Shown here piece by piece: positions 1 to 9,287 of a stretch of 44,308 nucleotides of DNA. Within the stretch, counting starts at the first letter, position 1. The number at the start of each line of letters is the position of its first letter. Origin of the DNA: Candidatus Hydromicrobium sp. (GTDB taxonomy: Bacteria; Actinomycetota; Humimicrobiia; Humimicrobiales; Humimicrobiaceae). The DNA is taken from positions 1-44,308 of the forward strand of contig DATBWS010000104.1 of the NCBI GenBank assembly GCA_036514675.1, read 5' to 3'. The translations under genes and the position numbers were made by a program. Below the pieces are notes generated by a model. The model searched no databases. It worked only from the letters and a program-made list of their open reading frames with translations, and was not told the DNA's origin.

Positions 1-1
1 T

Positions 2-196
2 ATTGAAGGAGGTAATCTGGCAGGTTTTGGTAAAAAAAGCGAACCTCATAAAGCAGCGATTGTTGGCGATACAGTAGGGGATCCCTTCAAGGATACATCA
101 GGTCCAGCCATGAATATTTTAATAAAATTAATGTCAATAGTAAGTCTAGTTTTAGCACCTTTATTAAAAAATGCTACTTCATTATTAAAATTTTAA
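2..196 (+). CDS. hppA: Membrane-bound H+/Na+-translocating pyrophosphatase, C-terminal fragment (5' end lies outside the window)
   Basis: Frame-2 translation [57 protein letters not shown] carries the conserved C-terminal membrane-PPase signature ([22 protein letters not shown]). Stop TAA at 194-196. Absent from the ORF track because it is cut by the window edge. Confidence 0.85.
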   Translation: MEGGNLAGFGKKSEPHKAAIVGDTVGDPFKDTSGPAMNILIKLMSIVSLVLAPLLKNATSLLKF

Positions 197-219
197 TTAA
201 TCTAAAGTAAAAATAAAAA

Positions 220-260
220 TGTACAGGTGCAAGAAATGTATCTGTGCATTTTTATTTTTA
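220..260 (+). terminator. Possible intrinsic terminator after hppA
   Basis: TGTACAG (220-226) can pair with CTGTGCA (242-248) with one G-U pair, followed by TTTTTATTTTT. The loop is long (15 nt), so this is only moderately convincing. Confidence 0.35.
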
Positions 261-332
261 TCTCTTTATTATAGTTTAAAATAAATTTCCGGTAAGATTT
301 AAAATTATTTGTATTTGTGATATTTTAATCAT

Positions 333-1103
333 ATGAAAAATAATATAAATAAAATAATTGATGATTTACTTAATAGTTTTAAAGAAGGAAGAATTAATAA
401 AGAAGATGCACTATTAAAAGTCAAAGAAATATATTTTGAGGATATAGGTTTTGCAAAAATCGATCACCACCGTCTGTTGAGAAGGGATTTTCCGGAAGTC
501 ATATATGGTGATGGTAAGACTCCCGAACAGATTTTGGAGATAGCAAAGAAAATATTAAACTATTCACCTGTGCTTCTCGTTACCAGAACTACAGTGGAAA
601 CTTACAACATTTTAAAAAAAGAGATTAAAAACCTGGAATTTAACCACAAATCAAATATCATTTATACGCCGCTTGATATTCCGGATGATAAATTAGGTGA
701 AGGCATTACCGTAATATGTGCAGGAACTTCGGACATAAGCGTGGCAGAAGAAGCTGCGGTAACCAGTTATCTTATGGAAAATAAGGTTATAAAGATCTAC
801 GACATAGGAGTTGCGGGTATTCATAGACTGACAAGTTTTAAAGATGAACTAAATCAGTCAAATGTAATTATAGCAGTTGCCGGTATGGAGGGGGCATTGC
901 CCGGAGTGGTGAGTTCAATGGTAAATTGTCCGGTGATAGGTGTTCCTACCAGTAAAGGATATGGTACAAGCTTTAAAGGCATATCACCTCTTCTGACTAT
1001 GTTAAATTCCTGCAGTCCCGGAGTTGTTGTGGTAAACATAGACAATGGATTCGGAGCAGGTTATGCGGCTGGAATCATTAACAGGATGATCAAAAAGAGG
1101 TAA
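333..1103 (+). CDS. larB: LarB-type PurE-like carboxylase/hydrolase (nickel-pincer cofactor biosynthesis; pyridinium-3,5-biscarboxylic acid mononucleotide synthase family, COG1691)
   Basis: 256 aa. Has the N-terminal extension with DHHR..RRDFPEVIYGDGKTPEQI and a C-terminal AIR-carboxylase-like fold (ICAGTSDISVAEEA, DIGVAGIHRL, AVAGMEGALPGVV, PVIGVPTSKGYG, NIDNGFGAG). No obvious Shine-Dalgarno precedes the ATG. Confidence 0.8.
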   Translation: MKNNINKIIDDLLNSFKEGRINKEDALLKVKEIYFEDIGFAKIDHHRLLRRDFPEVIYGDGKTPEQILEIAKKILNYSPVLLVTRTTVETYNILKKEIKNLEFNHKSNIIYTPLDIPDDKLGEGITVICAGTSDISVAEEAAVTSYLMENKVIKIYDIGVAGIHRLTSFKDELNQSNVIIAVAGMEGALPGVVSSMVNCPVIGVPTSKGYGTSFKGISPLLTMLNSCSPGVVVVNIDNGFGAGYAAGIINRMIKKR

Positions 1104-1215
1104 GCCCTGATTGAAATAAGTTTATATAAAAAAATCGGATTTTTAATGGTAGATGTGTAATATTGACCAAGATATATTATAATTATAAAAATTAATAAAA
1201 GATTTTAGGATAATT

Positions 1216-2898
1216 ATGGTTGACTTAGATTTTAAAAAAGAAAAAATAGGACAGATACTTCTAAACAGGAACATCATAACCAAAGAACAATTGGAAGAAG
1301 CACTGGATATTCAGAAAAATACGGGTGAAAAACTGGGAGAGATATTAATAAAAAAAGGACATATCTCTGATGAAACTTTGATGGAACTCATATCCTTTCA
1401 AAGAGGTTTTGAGGCTGTAGATTTAAATAAAATACAGGATAAAATCGATCCTTCTGTGGCAAATCTGATTTCAAAAGATTTTGCATTCAAGAGAAAGGTT
1501 TTTCCATTTAATCTAAGCGACAGCACCCTGTGTGTTGCAATGACTGACCCTAGAGACATAAATGCTATCGATGAGATAAGACTGCTTACCGGTTATAATG
1601 TAAAACCTTATATCTGCACAAAACAGAACATAGAGAACATTATAAGGTTATATACTTCAGATGATTACAGTCTTAAAGAAGTTCAGGAAATAATAAAAGA
1701 TGAAGATTTTACCATAGGTAAAAAATTTGAGGAGGATCTGGTTGAAAAAAATCCTCTGGTAATACTGGCGAATCAGATTATATTAAAGGCGATATCACTA
1801 CGAGCAAGCGATGTGCATGTAGAGCCACAGGAAAAGAATTGTACCATAAGGTTCAGAATAGATGGTGTATTGCAAAAAATAAAAGATGTTCCAAAAACGG
1901 TACAGAGACTGTTGCTTTCAAGGTACAAAATAATGGGTGGTATGGATATAACCGAAAATAGACTGCCGCAGGACGGTAGAAGTTCCATAAATTTCAGGAA
2001 TCGATTAATTGACTTAAGGCTTGCTTCGATACCTACAGTTTTTGGAGAAAATATTACTATTAGAATACTGGATAGAGACGAGTCCGTTTTCGATCTTAAA
2101 AAATCGGGGATGTCCGAAGAAGAAGTTCCAAAATATTTAAAAATGATATCTGTGCCCCATGGGGCAATCGTTATTACAGGTCCTACCGGATCAGGAAAAA
2201 CCACCACTCTCTATGCCAGCCTGAATGCAATTTCAAATATTGAAAAAAAGATTTTCACAATAGAGGACCCTGTAGAATATAGATTTCAGCAAATAATGCA
2301 GGTTCAGGTAAACCCGAAGATAGATATGACTTTTTCAAGAGGTCTCCGGGCAATGCTGCGAAGTGATCCGGATATAATTCTAATAGGAGAAGTAAGAGAT
2401 ATAGAAACTGCAAAGATAGCGGTCGAAGCGGCGATTACCGGACATCTGGTGTTGACCACTCTACATACCAATGATGCACCGTCCAGCCTTACAAGACTTC
2501 TGGAAATGGGAGTAGAATCATACATGATATCATCTGCAATAACCGGTATAGTAGCCCAGAGGCTGGTAAGAATATTATGCAATAATTGTAAGAAAAAAAT
2601 TGAGCTGCCTGATTCATCGTTTAATGAGGAAATAAGACCTATCTTGAAAGGGAAAAAAATTTACAAAGCCGTTGGATGCAAAAGATGCAATTTTAGGGGT
2701 TATATAGGAAGAACGGGCATATTTTCGATGCTGGTGGTGACAAAAAGAATCAGAGAGATGCTTCTGGAAAGAAAAAGTACCGATGAGATTAGTGATGCTG
2801 CCAGAGAAGAGGGTATGAAAACCCTCCTTGAGAGCGGGGCTTATAAAGTTGCAGAAGGAATAACTTCTCTTGAAGAGTTATATAGAGTTGTTTATTAG
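1216..2898 (+). CDS. GspE/PilB-family secretion or type IV pilus assembly ATPase with an MshEN-like N-terminal domain
   Basis: 560 aa. Walker A GPTGSGKTTT, Asp box/Walker B (PDIILIGEVRD), His box (TGHLVLTTLHTN), and the tetracysteine motif CNNCKK...CKRC typical of PilB/GspE. N-terminal T2SSE_N/MshEN-like repeats are present. AGGA lies 5 nt upstream of the ATG. Confidence 0.88.
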   Translation: MVDLDFKKEKIGQILLNRNIITKEQLEEALDIQKNTGEKLGEILIKKGHISDETLMELISFQRGFEAVDLNKIQDKIDPSVANLISKDFAFKRKVFPFNLSDSTLCVAMTDPRDINAIDEIRLLTGYNVKPYICTKQNIENIIRLYTSDDYSLKEVQEIIKDEDFTIGKKFEEDLVEKNPLVILANQIILKAISLRASDVHVEPQEKNCTIRFRIDGVLQKIKDVPKTVQRLLLSRYKIMGGMDITENRLPQDGRSSINFRNRLIDLRLASIPTVFGENITIRILDRDESVFDLKKSGMSEEEVPKYLKMISVPHGAIVITGPTGSGKTTTLYASLNAISNIEKKIFTIEDPVEYRFQQIMQVQVNPKIDMTFSRGLRAMLRSDPDIILIGEVRDIETAKIAVEAAITGHLVLTTLHTNDAPSSLTRLLEMGVESYMISSAITGIVAQRLVRILCNNCKKKIELPDSSFNEEIRPILKGKKIYKAVGCKRCNFRGYIGRTGIFSMLVVTKRIREMLLERKSTDEISDAAREEGMKTLLESGAYKVAEGITSLEELYRVVY

Positions 2899-2955
2899 TT
2901 TTAAATAATTTCAAATCATAACCTAAGTTAAAAGAAATAATTAGATTCTTTTAGA

Positions 2956-5900
2956 ATGAAAAAAGACAATTTCGTCCATTTGCATGTCCATAGCGAATAC
3001 TCCTTATTAGACGGTGCTTCGAGAATAATAAAATTAATTGAAAAAGCCAGCCAGTACGATATGCCTGCTTTAGCACTGACCGATCACGGCGTTATGTATG
3101 GTGCTATTGAATTTTACACTCAGGCAAAGAAATCGGGTATAAAACCCATAATAGGCTGTGAGGTCTATCTGGCACCGAGAAGCAGACGGGAAAAGCAATC
3201 GGGGAGAGAAAAAAAGGAAGAAACTTTTTACCACCTGACTTTACTGGCTGAAAATAACCAGGGTTACCAGAATCTAATGAGATTGGTCAGTCTGGGGTTT
3301 TTAGAGGGTTTTTATTACAAACCGAGAGTGGATAAAGAACTGCTCAGGAAGTTTCATGAGGGTATAATTGCTTTAAGCGGATGCATTTCCGGTGAGATTC
3401 CAAAGTATATTATTGCAGATCAGACAGAAAGCGCAAAAAGAAATCTGGAGGAATACATAGATATTTTTGGAAAAAATAATTTTTTTCTAGAACTACAGGA
3501 TTCAGGTATTCCAGATCAAAAGAAAGTGAACAAAACCCTATTAGAATTATCTTCAGAATATAATATTTCACTGGTGGCTACAAATGATGTGCATTATTTA
3601 AATAAGGAAGACAGCAAAGCTCATGATGTTCTGCTCTGTATACAGACCGGCTCAACTATAAATGAAGCCGGACGTCTGAAATTCCCAACGGATGAGTATT
3701 ATTTTAAAAGCTATGATCAGATGAAAGAACTTTTTAAAGGATTTCCCGGTGCTCTTAAAAATACACTGGAGATTGCTGATAGATGTAACATAAATTTAAA
3801 GTTTGATATGAATCTGATACCATCTTTTACTATTCATGACGGCTCCAGCGCTGATGAATATTTGAAAAAACTATGTTATGAAGGTGCTAAAAAAAGATAT
3901 GAGAATATTACCGGGGAAATTGATAGAAGAATAAAAAAAGAATTGGAAGTTATAGAGAAAATGGGATTTTCGGAATATTTTCTAATAGTCTGGGATCTGG
4001 TCAATTTTGCCAAGAATAATAACATAAGAGTGGGACCGGGAAGAGGATCAGCAGCAGGCAGTATAGTTTCTTATCTTTTAGGAATAACTGATATCGAACC
4101 TTTAAAATACGGTCTTTTATTTGAAAGATTTTTAAATGAGGAACGTAGAAGTATGCCTGATATTGATATAGATTTTTGTTATGAGAAAAGAGATGAAGTT
4201 ATTAAGTATGTTACTAAAAAATATGGTGACAAGAGGGTTGCCCAGTTAATTACTTTTGGGACAATGGCTGCCAGACAGGCTATAAGAGATGCGGGAAGAG
4301 TAATGGAGGTCCCGTATGCAGAAGTGGACCGGATAGCAAAAATGATTCCTATGGAATTAAATGTAACCATTAAGAACTCACTGGACCTGGTTCCTGATTT
4401 AAAGGAAATTTATGAGAATGATAGAAAAATAAGAGAAGTAATTGATACTGCTATCTCACTCGAGGGTATATCCAGGCAGGATTCAATCCATGCCGCAGGA
4501 GTTGTAATATCTTCAGAAGACCTTTACAACTATACGCCAATACAGAAAGAGAATGAGGGCGCTATTGTAACTCAATACAAAATGGAGGATATTCAAAAAA
4601 TCGGACTGCTTAAGATGGATTTTCTTGGGCTGAAAACATTGTCACTAATAGATAAGACTTTATTTTTAATTAAAAAAACCAAAAATATAGATATAGATAT
4701 AAATAACATCAATCTTGATGATAAAGAAACTTTCAAAATGCTGAGTGAAGGCGAATGTCTGGGGGTATTCCAGCTGGAAAGCTCCGGAATGCGTGAACTG
4801 GTAATAAACCTGAAACCAACTAAATTTGAAGACTTAATAGCGCTGCTGGCATTATATAGACCCGGTCCTCTCCAAAGCGGTATGGTGAACGATTTTGTTG
4901 AAAGCAGAAATGGTAGAAAGAAAATAAGCTACCTGCACCCCTCTCTGGAGAAAATACTTGAAAGTACTTATGGGATTATTCTGTATCAGGAACAGGTTAT
5001 GAGAATAGCATCGGAGCTTGCTGGTTTTAGCATGTCAGAAGCAGATATTTTAAGAGGGGCTATAAGCAAGAAAAAAAGAAGTTTGCTTTCCAGGCAAAAA
5101 AGCAAATTTATAGAAGGAGCCAAAAACAAAGGAATAGATGAGAAAATTTCTGTTAAAATATTTGAACTTGTAAATCATTTTGCAGAATATGGATTTAATA
5201 AATCCCACAGCGCTGCATATGCCATGATTTCATATCAGACAGCTTATCTTAAGGCAAAATATCCGGTAGAATTTATGGCGGCCCTGCTCAGTATCAGGAT
5301 GGGCAGCCAGGAAAAAGTGGCTCAATATGTCAATGAAACAAGAAGAATGGGCATTGAGGTACTTCCACCGGATATCAATGGAAGTTTTACTGATTTTACT
5401 GTGGTAGAGAATTCTATTAGATTTGGACTTTCGGCAATCAAAAATGTTGGGACAAACGTTATTGAATGTATAGAAAAAGTGAGAAGAAAAGGTGGTAAAT
5501 TCAGAAATTTTATGGATTTCTGCGAAAGAGTTGATAGCAGTGTATTGAATAAAAAAACCCTTGAGAGCTTAATAAAAAGCGGGACTTTTGATTCCCTTGG
5601 CCAGAGCCGTAAACATCTTCTGGAAAATTATGAAAAAATCACAGAAGAGACCTTAAAGATTAGAAAAGATAGGGATATCGGTCAGTTCTCATTGTTTGAT
5701 GTCAGTGGCAGTGAAAAAAAGGAAGTATTACTGAACGGAGTTTATCAGACGGAAGAGCAGTTTCAGGAGTTTTCAAAGAAAGAGTTATTGAATTTTGAAA
5801 AGGAAATGCTTGGTCTCTATATCTCCGGTCATCCTTTATTCGAATATGAAGATTCTCTTTCTAAGGTAACTCCAATAGAAGTCCTGATTGATGTTGAAGA

Positions 5901-6441
5901 TAAAACAAATGTCGCTGTTGGAGGGGTTATAACCAAGGTAAAAATTATATTTACAAAGAAAGACAAGCAGATGTGTTTTTTGGATTTAGAGGATATCGGT
6001 GAAAACGTAGAAGTGATTGTATTCCCGTCGGTCCTTGTAAAATACAGGGGAATTATTGCAGAAGATAAGATTGTGAAAGTTAAAGGTAAGCTGGATAAAA
6101 AAGAAGACCAATTGAAGATTATAGCTAATGAAATAGAAGAGCTGGATAAAGATAAGGCAGTAAACAGAGATCAAAATGAACTTATAAGCGAGAGAAATGG
6201 CAGAATAATTTTTACCGCAAAGAAAAATGATCTGGATAAGGATTTTATAAACAGATTTTACGATATATTAAAAAAATACCCCGGATTTAATGAAGTGGAG
6301 TTTAGAATAACAGACGATAGCGGGAAGGGTACAGAAAGAATTTTTAAGCTTCCTTCCACCCATAGAGTAGATTTAAACCAGTCCCTTAAAGAGAATCTTA
6401 AGCAAGTGTTTTCAGATAAAATTAACTGGGATAAAGTATAG
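2956..6441 (+). CDS. dnaE: DNA polymerase III alpha subunit
   Basis: 1161 aa. N-terminal PHP domain (HLHVHSEYSLLDG), GFSEYFLIVWD, GPGRGSAAGS, FNKSHSAAYA, an OB-fold and a C-terminal domain. Length and motif order are typical of DnaE. Confidence 0.96.
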   Translation: MKKDNFVHLHVHSEYSLLDGASRIIKLIEKASQYDMPALALTDHGVMYGAIEFYTQAKKSGIKPIIGCEVYLAPRSRREKQSGREKKEETFYHLTLLAENNQGYQNLMRLVSLGFLEGFYYKPRVDKELLRKFHEGIIALSGCISGEIPKYIIADQTESAKRNLEEYIDIFGKNNFFLELQDSGIPDQKKVNKTLLELSSEYNISLVATNDVHYLNKEDSKAHDVLLCIQTGSTINEAGRLKFPTDEYYFKSYDQMKELFKGFPGALKNTLEIADRCNINLKFDMNLIPSFTIHDGSSADEYLKKLCYEGAKKRYENITGEIDRRIKKELEVIEKMGFSEYFLIVWDLVNFAKNNNIRVGPGRGSAAGSIVSYLLGITDIEPLKYGLLFERFLNEERRSMPDIDIDFCYEKRDEVIKYVTKKYGDKRVAQLITFGTMAARQAIRDAGRVMEVPYAEVDRIAKMIPMELNVTIKNSLDLVPDLKEIYENDRKIREVIDTAISLEGISRQDSIHAAGVVISSEDLYNYTPIQKENEGAIVTQYKMEDIQKIGLLKMDFLGLKTLSLIDKTLFLIKKTKNIDIDINNINLDDKETFKMLSEGECLGVFQLESSGMRELVINLKPTKFEDLIALLALYRPGPLQSGMVNDFVESRNGRKKISYLHPSLEKILESTYGIILYQEQVMRIASELAGFSMSEADILRGAISKKKRSLLSRQKSKFIEGAKNKGIDEKISVKIFELVNHFAEYGFNKSHSAAYAMISYQTAYLKAKYPVEFMAALLSIRMGSQEKVAQYVNETRRMGIEVLPPDINGSFTDFTVVENSIRFGLSAIKNVGTNVIECIEKVRRKGGKFRNFMDFCERVDSSVLNKKTLESLIKSGTFDSLGQSRKHLLENYEKITEETLKIRKDRDIGQFSLFDVSGSEKKEVLLNGVYQTEEQFQEFSKKELLNFEKEMLGLYISGHPLFEYEDSLSKVTPIEVLIDVEDKTNVAVGGVITKVKIIFTKKDKQMCFLDLEDIGENVEVIVFPSVLVKYRGIIAEDKIVKVKGKLDKKEDQLKIIANEIEELDKDKAVNRDQNELISERNGRIIFTAKKNDLDKDFINRFYDILKKYPGFNEVEFRITDDSGKGTERIFKLPSTHRVDLNQSLKENLKQVFSDKINWDKV

Positions 6442-6465
6442 ATAAAAATACTAGAAGGAACTGCC

Positions 6466-7560
6466 ATGCATGATTTAAAATTTGCCGTTTTAGGAGCCGG
6501 TCACGGCGGGAAAGCAGTAGCAGCCCATCTGGCGATAAAAGGTTTCAAAGTCAACCTGTACAACAGAACATTTTCAAGAATTCAACCGATAAAAAAGATG
6601 AGGGGAATTGAGCTGGAGGGTGAAATAAAAGGTTTTGGTAAACTTAATATAGTTACCAGCAATATAGAGAAAGCCATCAGGGGTATGGATATAATTATGG
6701 TTGTTGTACCGGCAAATGGCCATGCTTCCATTGCCCGGTTATGCGCACCTTTCTTGAAAGAGAATCAAATAGTGGTGTTAAACCCGGGAAGAACCTGCGG
6801 TGCTTTAGAATTTTTAAATGTTTTACGGAAAGAAGGTAATAATATGGATATTACCATAGCCGAAGCGCAGACTTTTATATATGCAAGCAGGGGTATGGGT
6901 CCGGCTACAGCAAGGATATTCAGGGTAAAACAGGCAATACCGGTAGCTGCGATATCTTCCAGAAAAACTGAAATGGTAGTTAAAAAATTAAATGAGGCAT
7001 TCCCCGAATTTATTCCTGCCGGAAGTGTTATTGAAACCAGTTTCAATAATATGGGTGCAGTATTCCACCCATCTATTACTATACTTAACCTGAGCAGGAT
7101 CGAGTCTACCCTTGGTAATTTTCAATTTTATATAGAGGGGGTAACCCAGTCAGTAGCAAAAATCCTGGAGGCAGTGGATATGGAAAGGGTAATGGTTGCA
7201 AAAAAATTAAAGTGTGCCAATATATATTCCGCTATTGAATGGCTTTCCATGGCTTATAATGTTGTTGAAGATAATCTGTTTGATGCGATACATAGTAATC
7301 CAGGATATGTGGGAATTATGGCCCCGATAACTATAAATGTCAGATATATAACAGAAGATGTTCCGATGAGTTTAGTACCTATTTCTGAATTCGGGAAGGT
7401 ACTTAAAGTAAAAACGACAGTAATTGACTCCCTTATTGATATAGCTAATTCCATATTTAAAAAGGATTTCAGAAAGATCGGAAGAAATATTTCAACGCTG
7501 GGCTTAGAGGGATTAAATCTAGATCAAATAAGAGACATACTTATTAAAGGAAAAAAGTAG
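6466..7560 (+). CDS. NAD(P)-dependent octopine/nopaline (opine) dehydrogenase family protein
   Basis: 364 aa. N-terminal Rossmann motif FAVLGAGHGGKAVAAHL followed by the helical opine-dehydrogenase-type C-terminal domain pattern (..AQTFIYASR.., NNMGAVFHP, YIEG). Substrate unknown. Confidence 0.65.
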   Translation: MHDLKFAVLGAGHGGKAVAAHLAIKGFKVNLYNRTFSRIQPIKKMRGIELEGEIKGFGKLNIVTSNIEKAIRGMDIIMVVVPANGHASIARLCAPFLKENQIVVLNPGRTCGALEFLNVLRKEGNNMDITIAEAQTFIYASRGMGPATARIFRVKQAIPVAAISSRKTEMVVKKLNEAFPEFIPAGSVIETSFNNMGAVFHPSITILNLSRIESTLGNFQFYIEGVTQSVAKILEAVDMERVMVAKKLKCANIYSAIEWLSMAYNVVEDNLFDAIHSNPGYVGIMAPITINVRYITEDVPMSLVPISEFGKVLKVKTTVIDSLIDIANSIFKKDFRKIGRNISTLGLEGLNLDQIRDILIKGKK

Positions 7561-7570
7561 TTATAAAGTT

Positions 7571-9214
7571 ATGAAGAAGATACTGGGTGCTTGCGTTGGC
7601 AGCTGTGTGCATGTGGCAGGCATTCTGAATTTTTTAAACTTGTCCGGTAAACACGGCTACAGAACTATATTTTTAGGCTCTGCCTGTACAATTGATAAGT
7701 TAAAAAAAGATATAGAAAAATATAGTCCTGATATAGTAGCTATAAGTTACCGTCTCTCACCCGAGAGCGCTCTTCCGATATTCGAGGAATTGAAAAAGAA
7801 AATAATTGATAAATCACCAGCAGTGAAAAGAGAATTTATACTGGGAGGCACAAAGCCTGTAGCTGAAGTTGCAAAGAAACTGGGTATTTTTGATGTTATT
7901 TTTACCGGTGAGGAGAGTATAGAAGAAATTGAAAATTATTTAGGTAAAAAGAAAGTATTTGCACGCAGTGAAATTCCTCCTCAAAATATTTTAGAAAGAA
8001 TAAAATACAGCAAGCCTTTTCCTGTAATACGACATCATTTCGGTAGGCCAACCATAAATGAAACAGTGAAAGGAATAAAAAAGATTTCACATAGCGGGCT
8101 GCTGGACGTAATATCTATTGGTCCTGATCAAAATACTCAGGAATTTTTTTTTCATCCCGATAAAATGGATTCAATGCAAAACGGTGCTGGAGGTGTTCCT
8201 TTAAGAAATGAGGAAGATTTTAAAAGTCTTTATCTTGCATCCAGAACCGGTAATTATCCACTGCTCAGATGTTATAGCGGCACAAATGATATTATAAAAA
8301 TGGCAAAAGTTCTTCTGGATAACATAAATAATGCATGGTGTGCTGTTCCGCTCTGCTGGTATAATGTGCTTGATAATAGAAGTGGAAGGAAATTAGAGGA
8401 GTCAATAGCTGAAAATCAATCAGTGATGAAATGGCATGCTGACAGAAATATTCCGGTAGAAGTTAACGAATCTCATCACTGGAGCCTGAGGTATTCCCCT
8501 GATTCTATTGCAGTTGCAGCTGCTTATATTGCCGCTTATAATGCCAAAATGATGGGAGTAAAAGTTTATATTTCACAATATATGTTTAATACTCCTCCTG
8601 AAACCTCATTTACAATGGATTTAGCAAAAATGCTTGCTAAAATGGAATTGATAGAATCTCTACACGATAATAATTTTATAACAATCAGTCAGACCAGGGC
8701 GGGATTATACAGTTATCCTGCCGATTTTAGCAAAAGTAAAGGCCAGCTTGCTTCTTCAACTCTGCTTCAGATGCAGCTAAGCCCGGACATTGTTCATGTT
8801 GTTGCGTATTGTGAAGCGGATCATGCTGCCAAACCTGAAGATATAATAGAAAGTGTAAAAATTACCAGAAAAGTCATAGAAAATTATTTATATGGCTGCC
8901 CTGATATGAAATCAGATAAAAGGGTGAAAGACAGAAAGGCTGAATTAATTGCAGATGCGAAGTTGATTATAGATAGAATAAAGGCACTGGATAGAGATAA
9001 AAAATACGAAGACCCTTTAATATCTCCAGCTGTAATTTCAAAAGCGATAAGGATAGGTATACTGGATGCTCCACACTTATGCGGAGTTAAGGCAGCAAAA
9101 GGCACAATCAGAACGATGATTTTGGACGGGAAAAATATAACTGTAGATGAAGAAGGCGAACCTATCACGGAAAAAAACAGACTGGATAGAATACCGGATA
9201 ATTTTGAAGATTAA
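7571..9214 (+). CDS. Fusion protein: N-terminal B12-binding-like (flavodoxin-fold) domain with a CxHxxG variant motif, plus a large C-terminal TIM-barrel-like domain. Function unknown.
   Basis: 547 aa. Residues 1-125 look like a cobalamin-binding domain (GSCVHVAGILNF..., DIVAISYRL, FILGG), but the canonical Asp of DxHxxG is Cys (C12-V-H14-V-A-G17). The remainder has no family I can name with certainty (see findings). Starts 10 nt after the preceding gene, so it is probably co-transcribed. Confidence 0.5.
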   Translation: MKKILGACVGSCVHVAGILNFLNLSGKHGYRTIFLGSACTIDKLKKDIEKYSPDIVAISYRLSPESALPIFEELKKKIIDKSPAVKREFILGGTKPVAEVAKKLGIFDVIFTGEESIEEIENYLGKKKVFARSEIPPQNILERIKYSKPFPVIRHHFGRPTINETVKGIKKISHSGLLDVISIGPDQNTQEFFFHPDKMDSMQNGAGGVPLRNEEDFKSLYLASRTGNYPLLRCYSGTNDIIKMAKVLLDNINNAWCAVPLCWYNVLDNRSGRKLEESIAENQSVMKWHADRNIPVEVNESHHWSLRYSPDSIAVAAAYIAAYNAKMMGVKVYISQYMFNTPPETSFTMDLAKMLAKMELIESLHDNNFITISQTRAGLYSYPADFSKSKGQLASSTLLQMQLSPDIVHVVAYCEADHAAKPEDIIESVKITRKVIENYLYGCPDMKSDKRVKDRKAELIADAKLIIDRIKALDRDKKYEDPLISPAVISKAIRIGILDAPHLCGVKAAKGTIRTMILDGKNITVDEEGEPITEKNRLDRIPDNFED

Positions 9215-9287
9215 ACCTTTTTTTAAAATATTGTAGTATGATAAAATACTTACTTTATATATAATACCCGGGGAGCCTGGAAAAAAT

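Noticed and set aside
9215-9287. Possible T-box, His-leader attenuator or riboswitch upstream of hisZ.
   Set aside because: The spacer is only 73 nt. It has no specifier-loop or T-box sequence, no His-codon-rich leader peptide and no terminator/antiterminator pair. It probably holds just a promoter (TGATAAAAT-like -10) and an SD.
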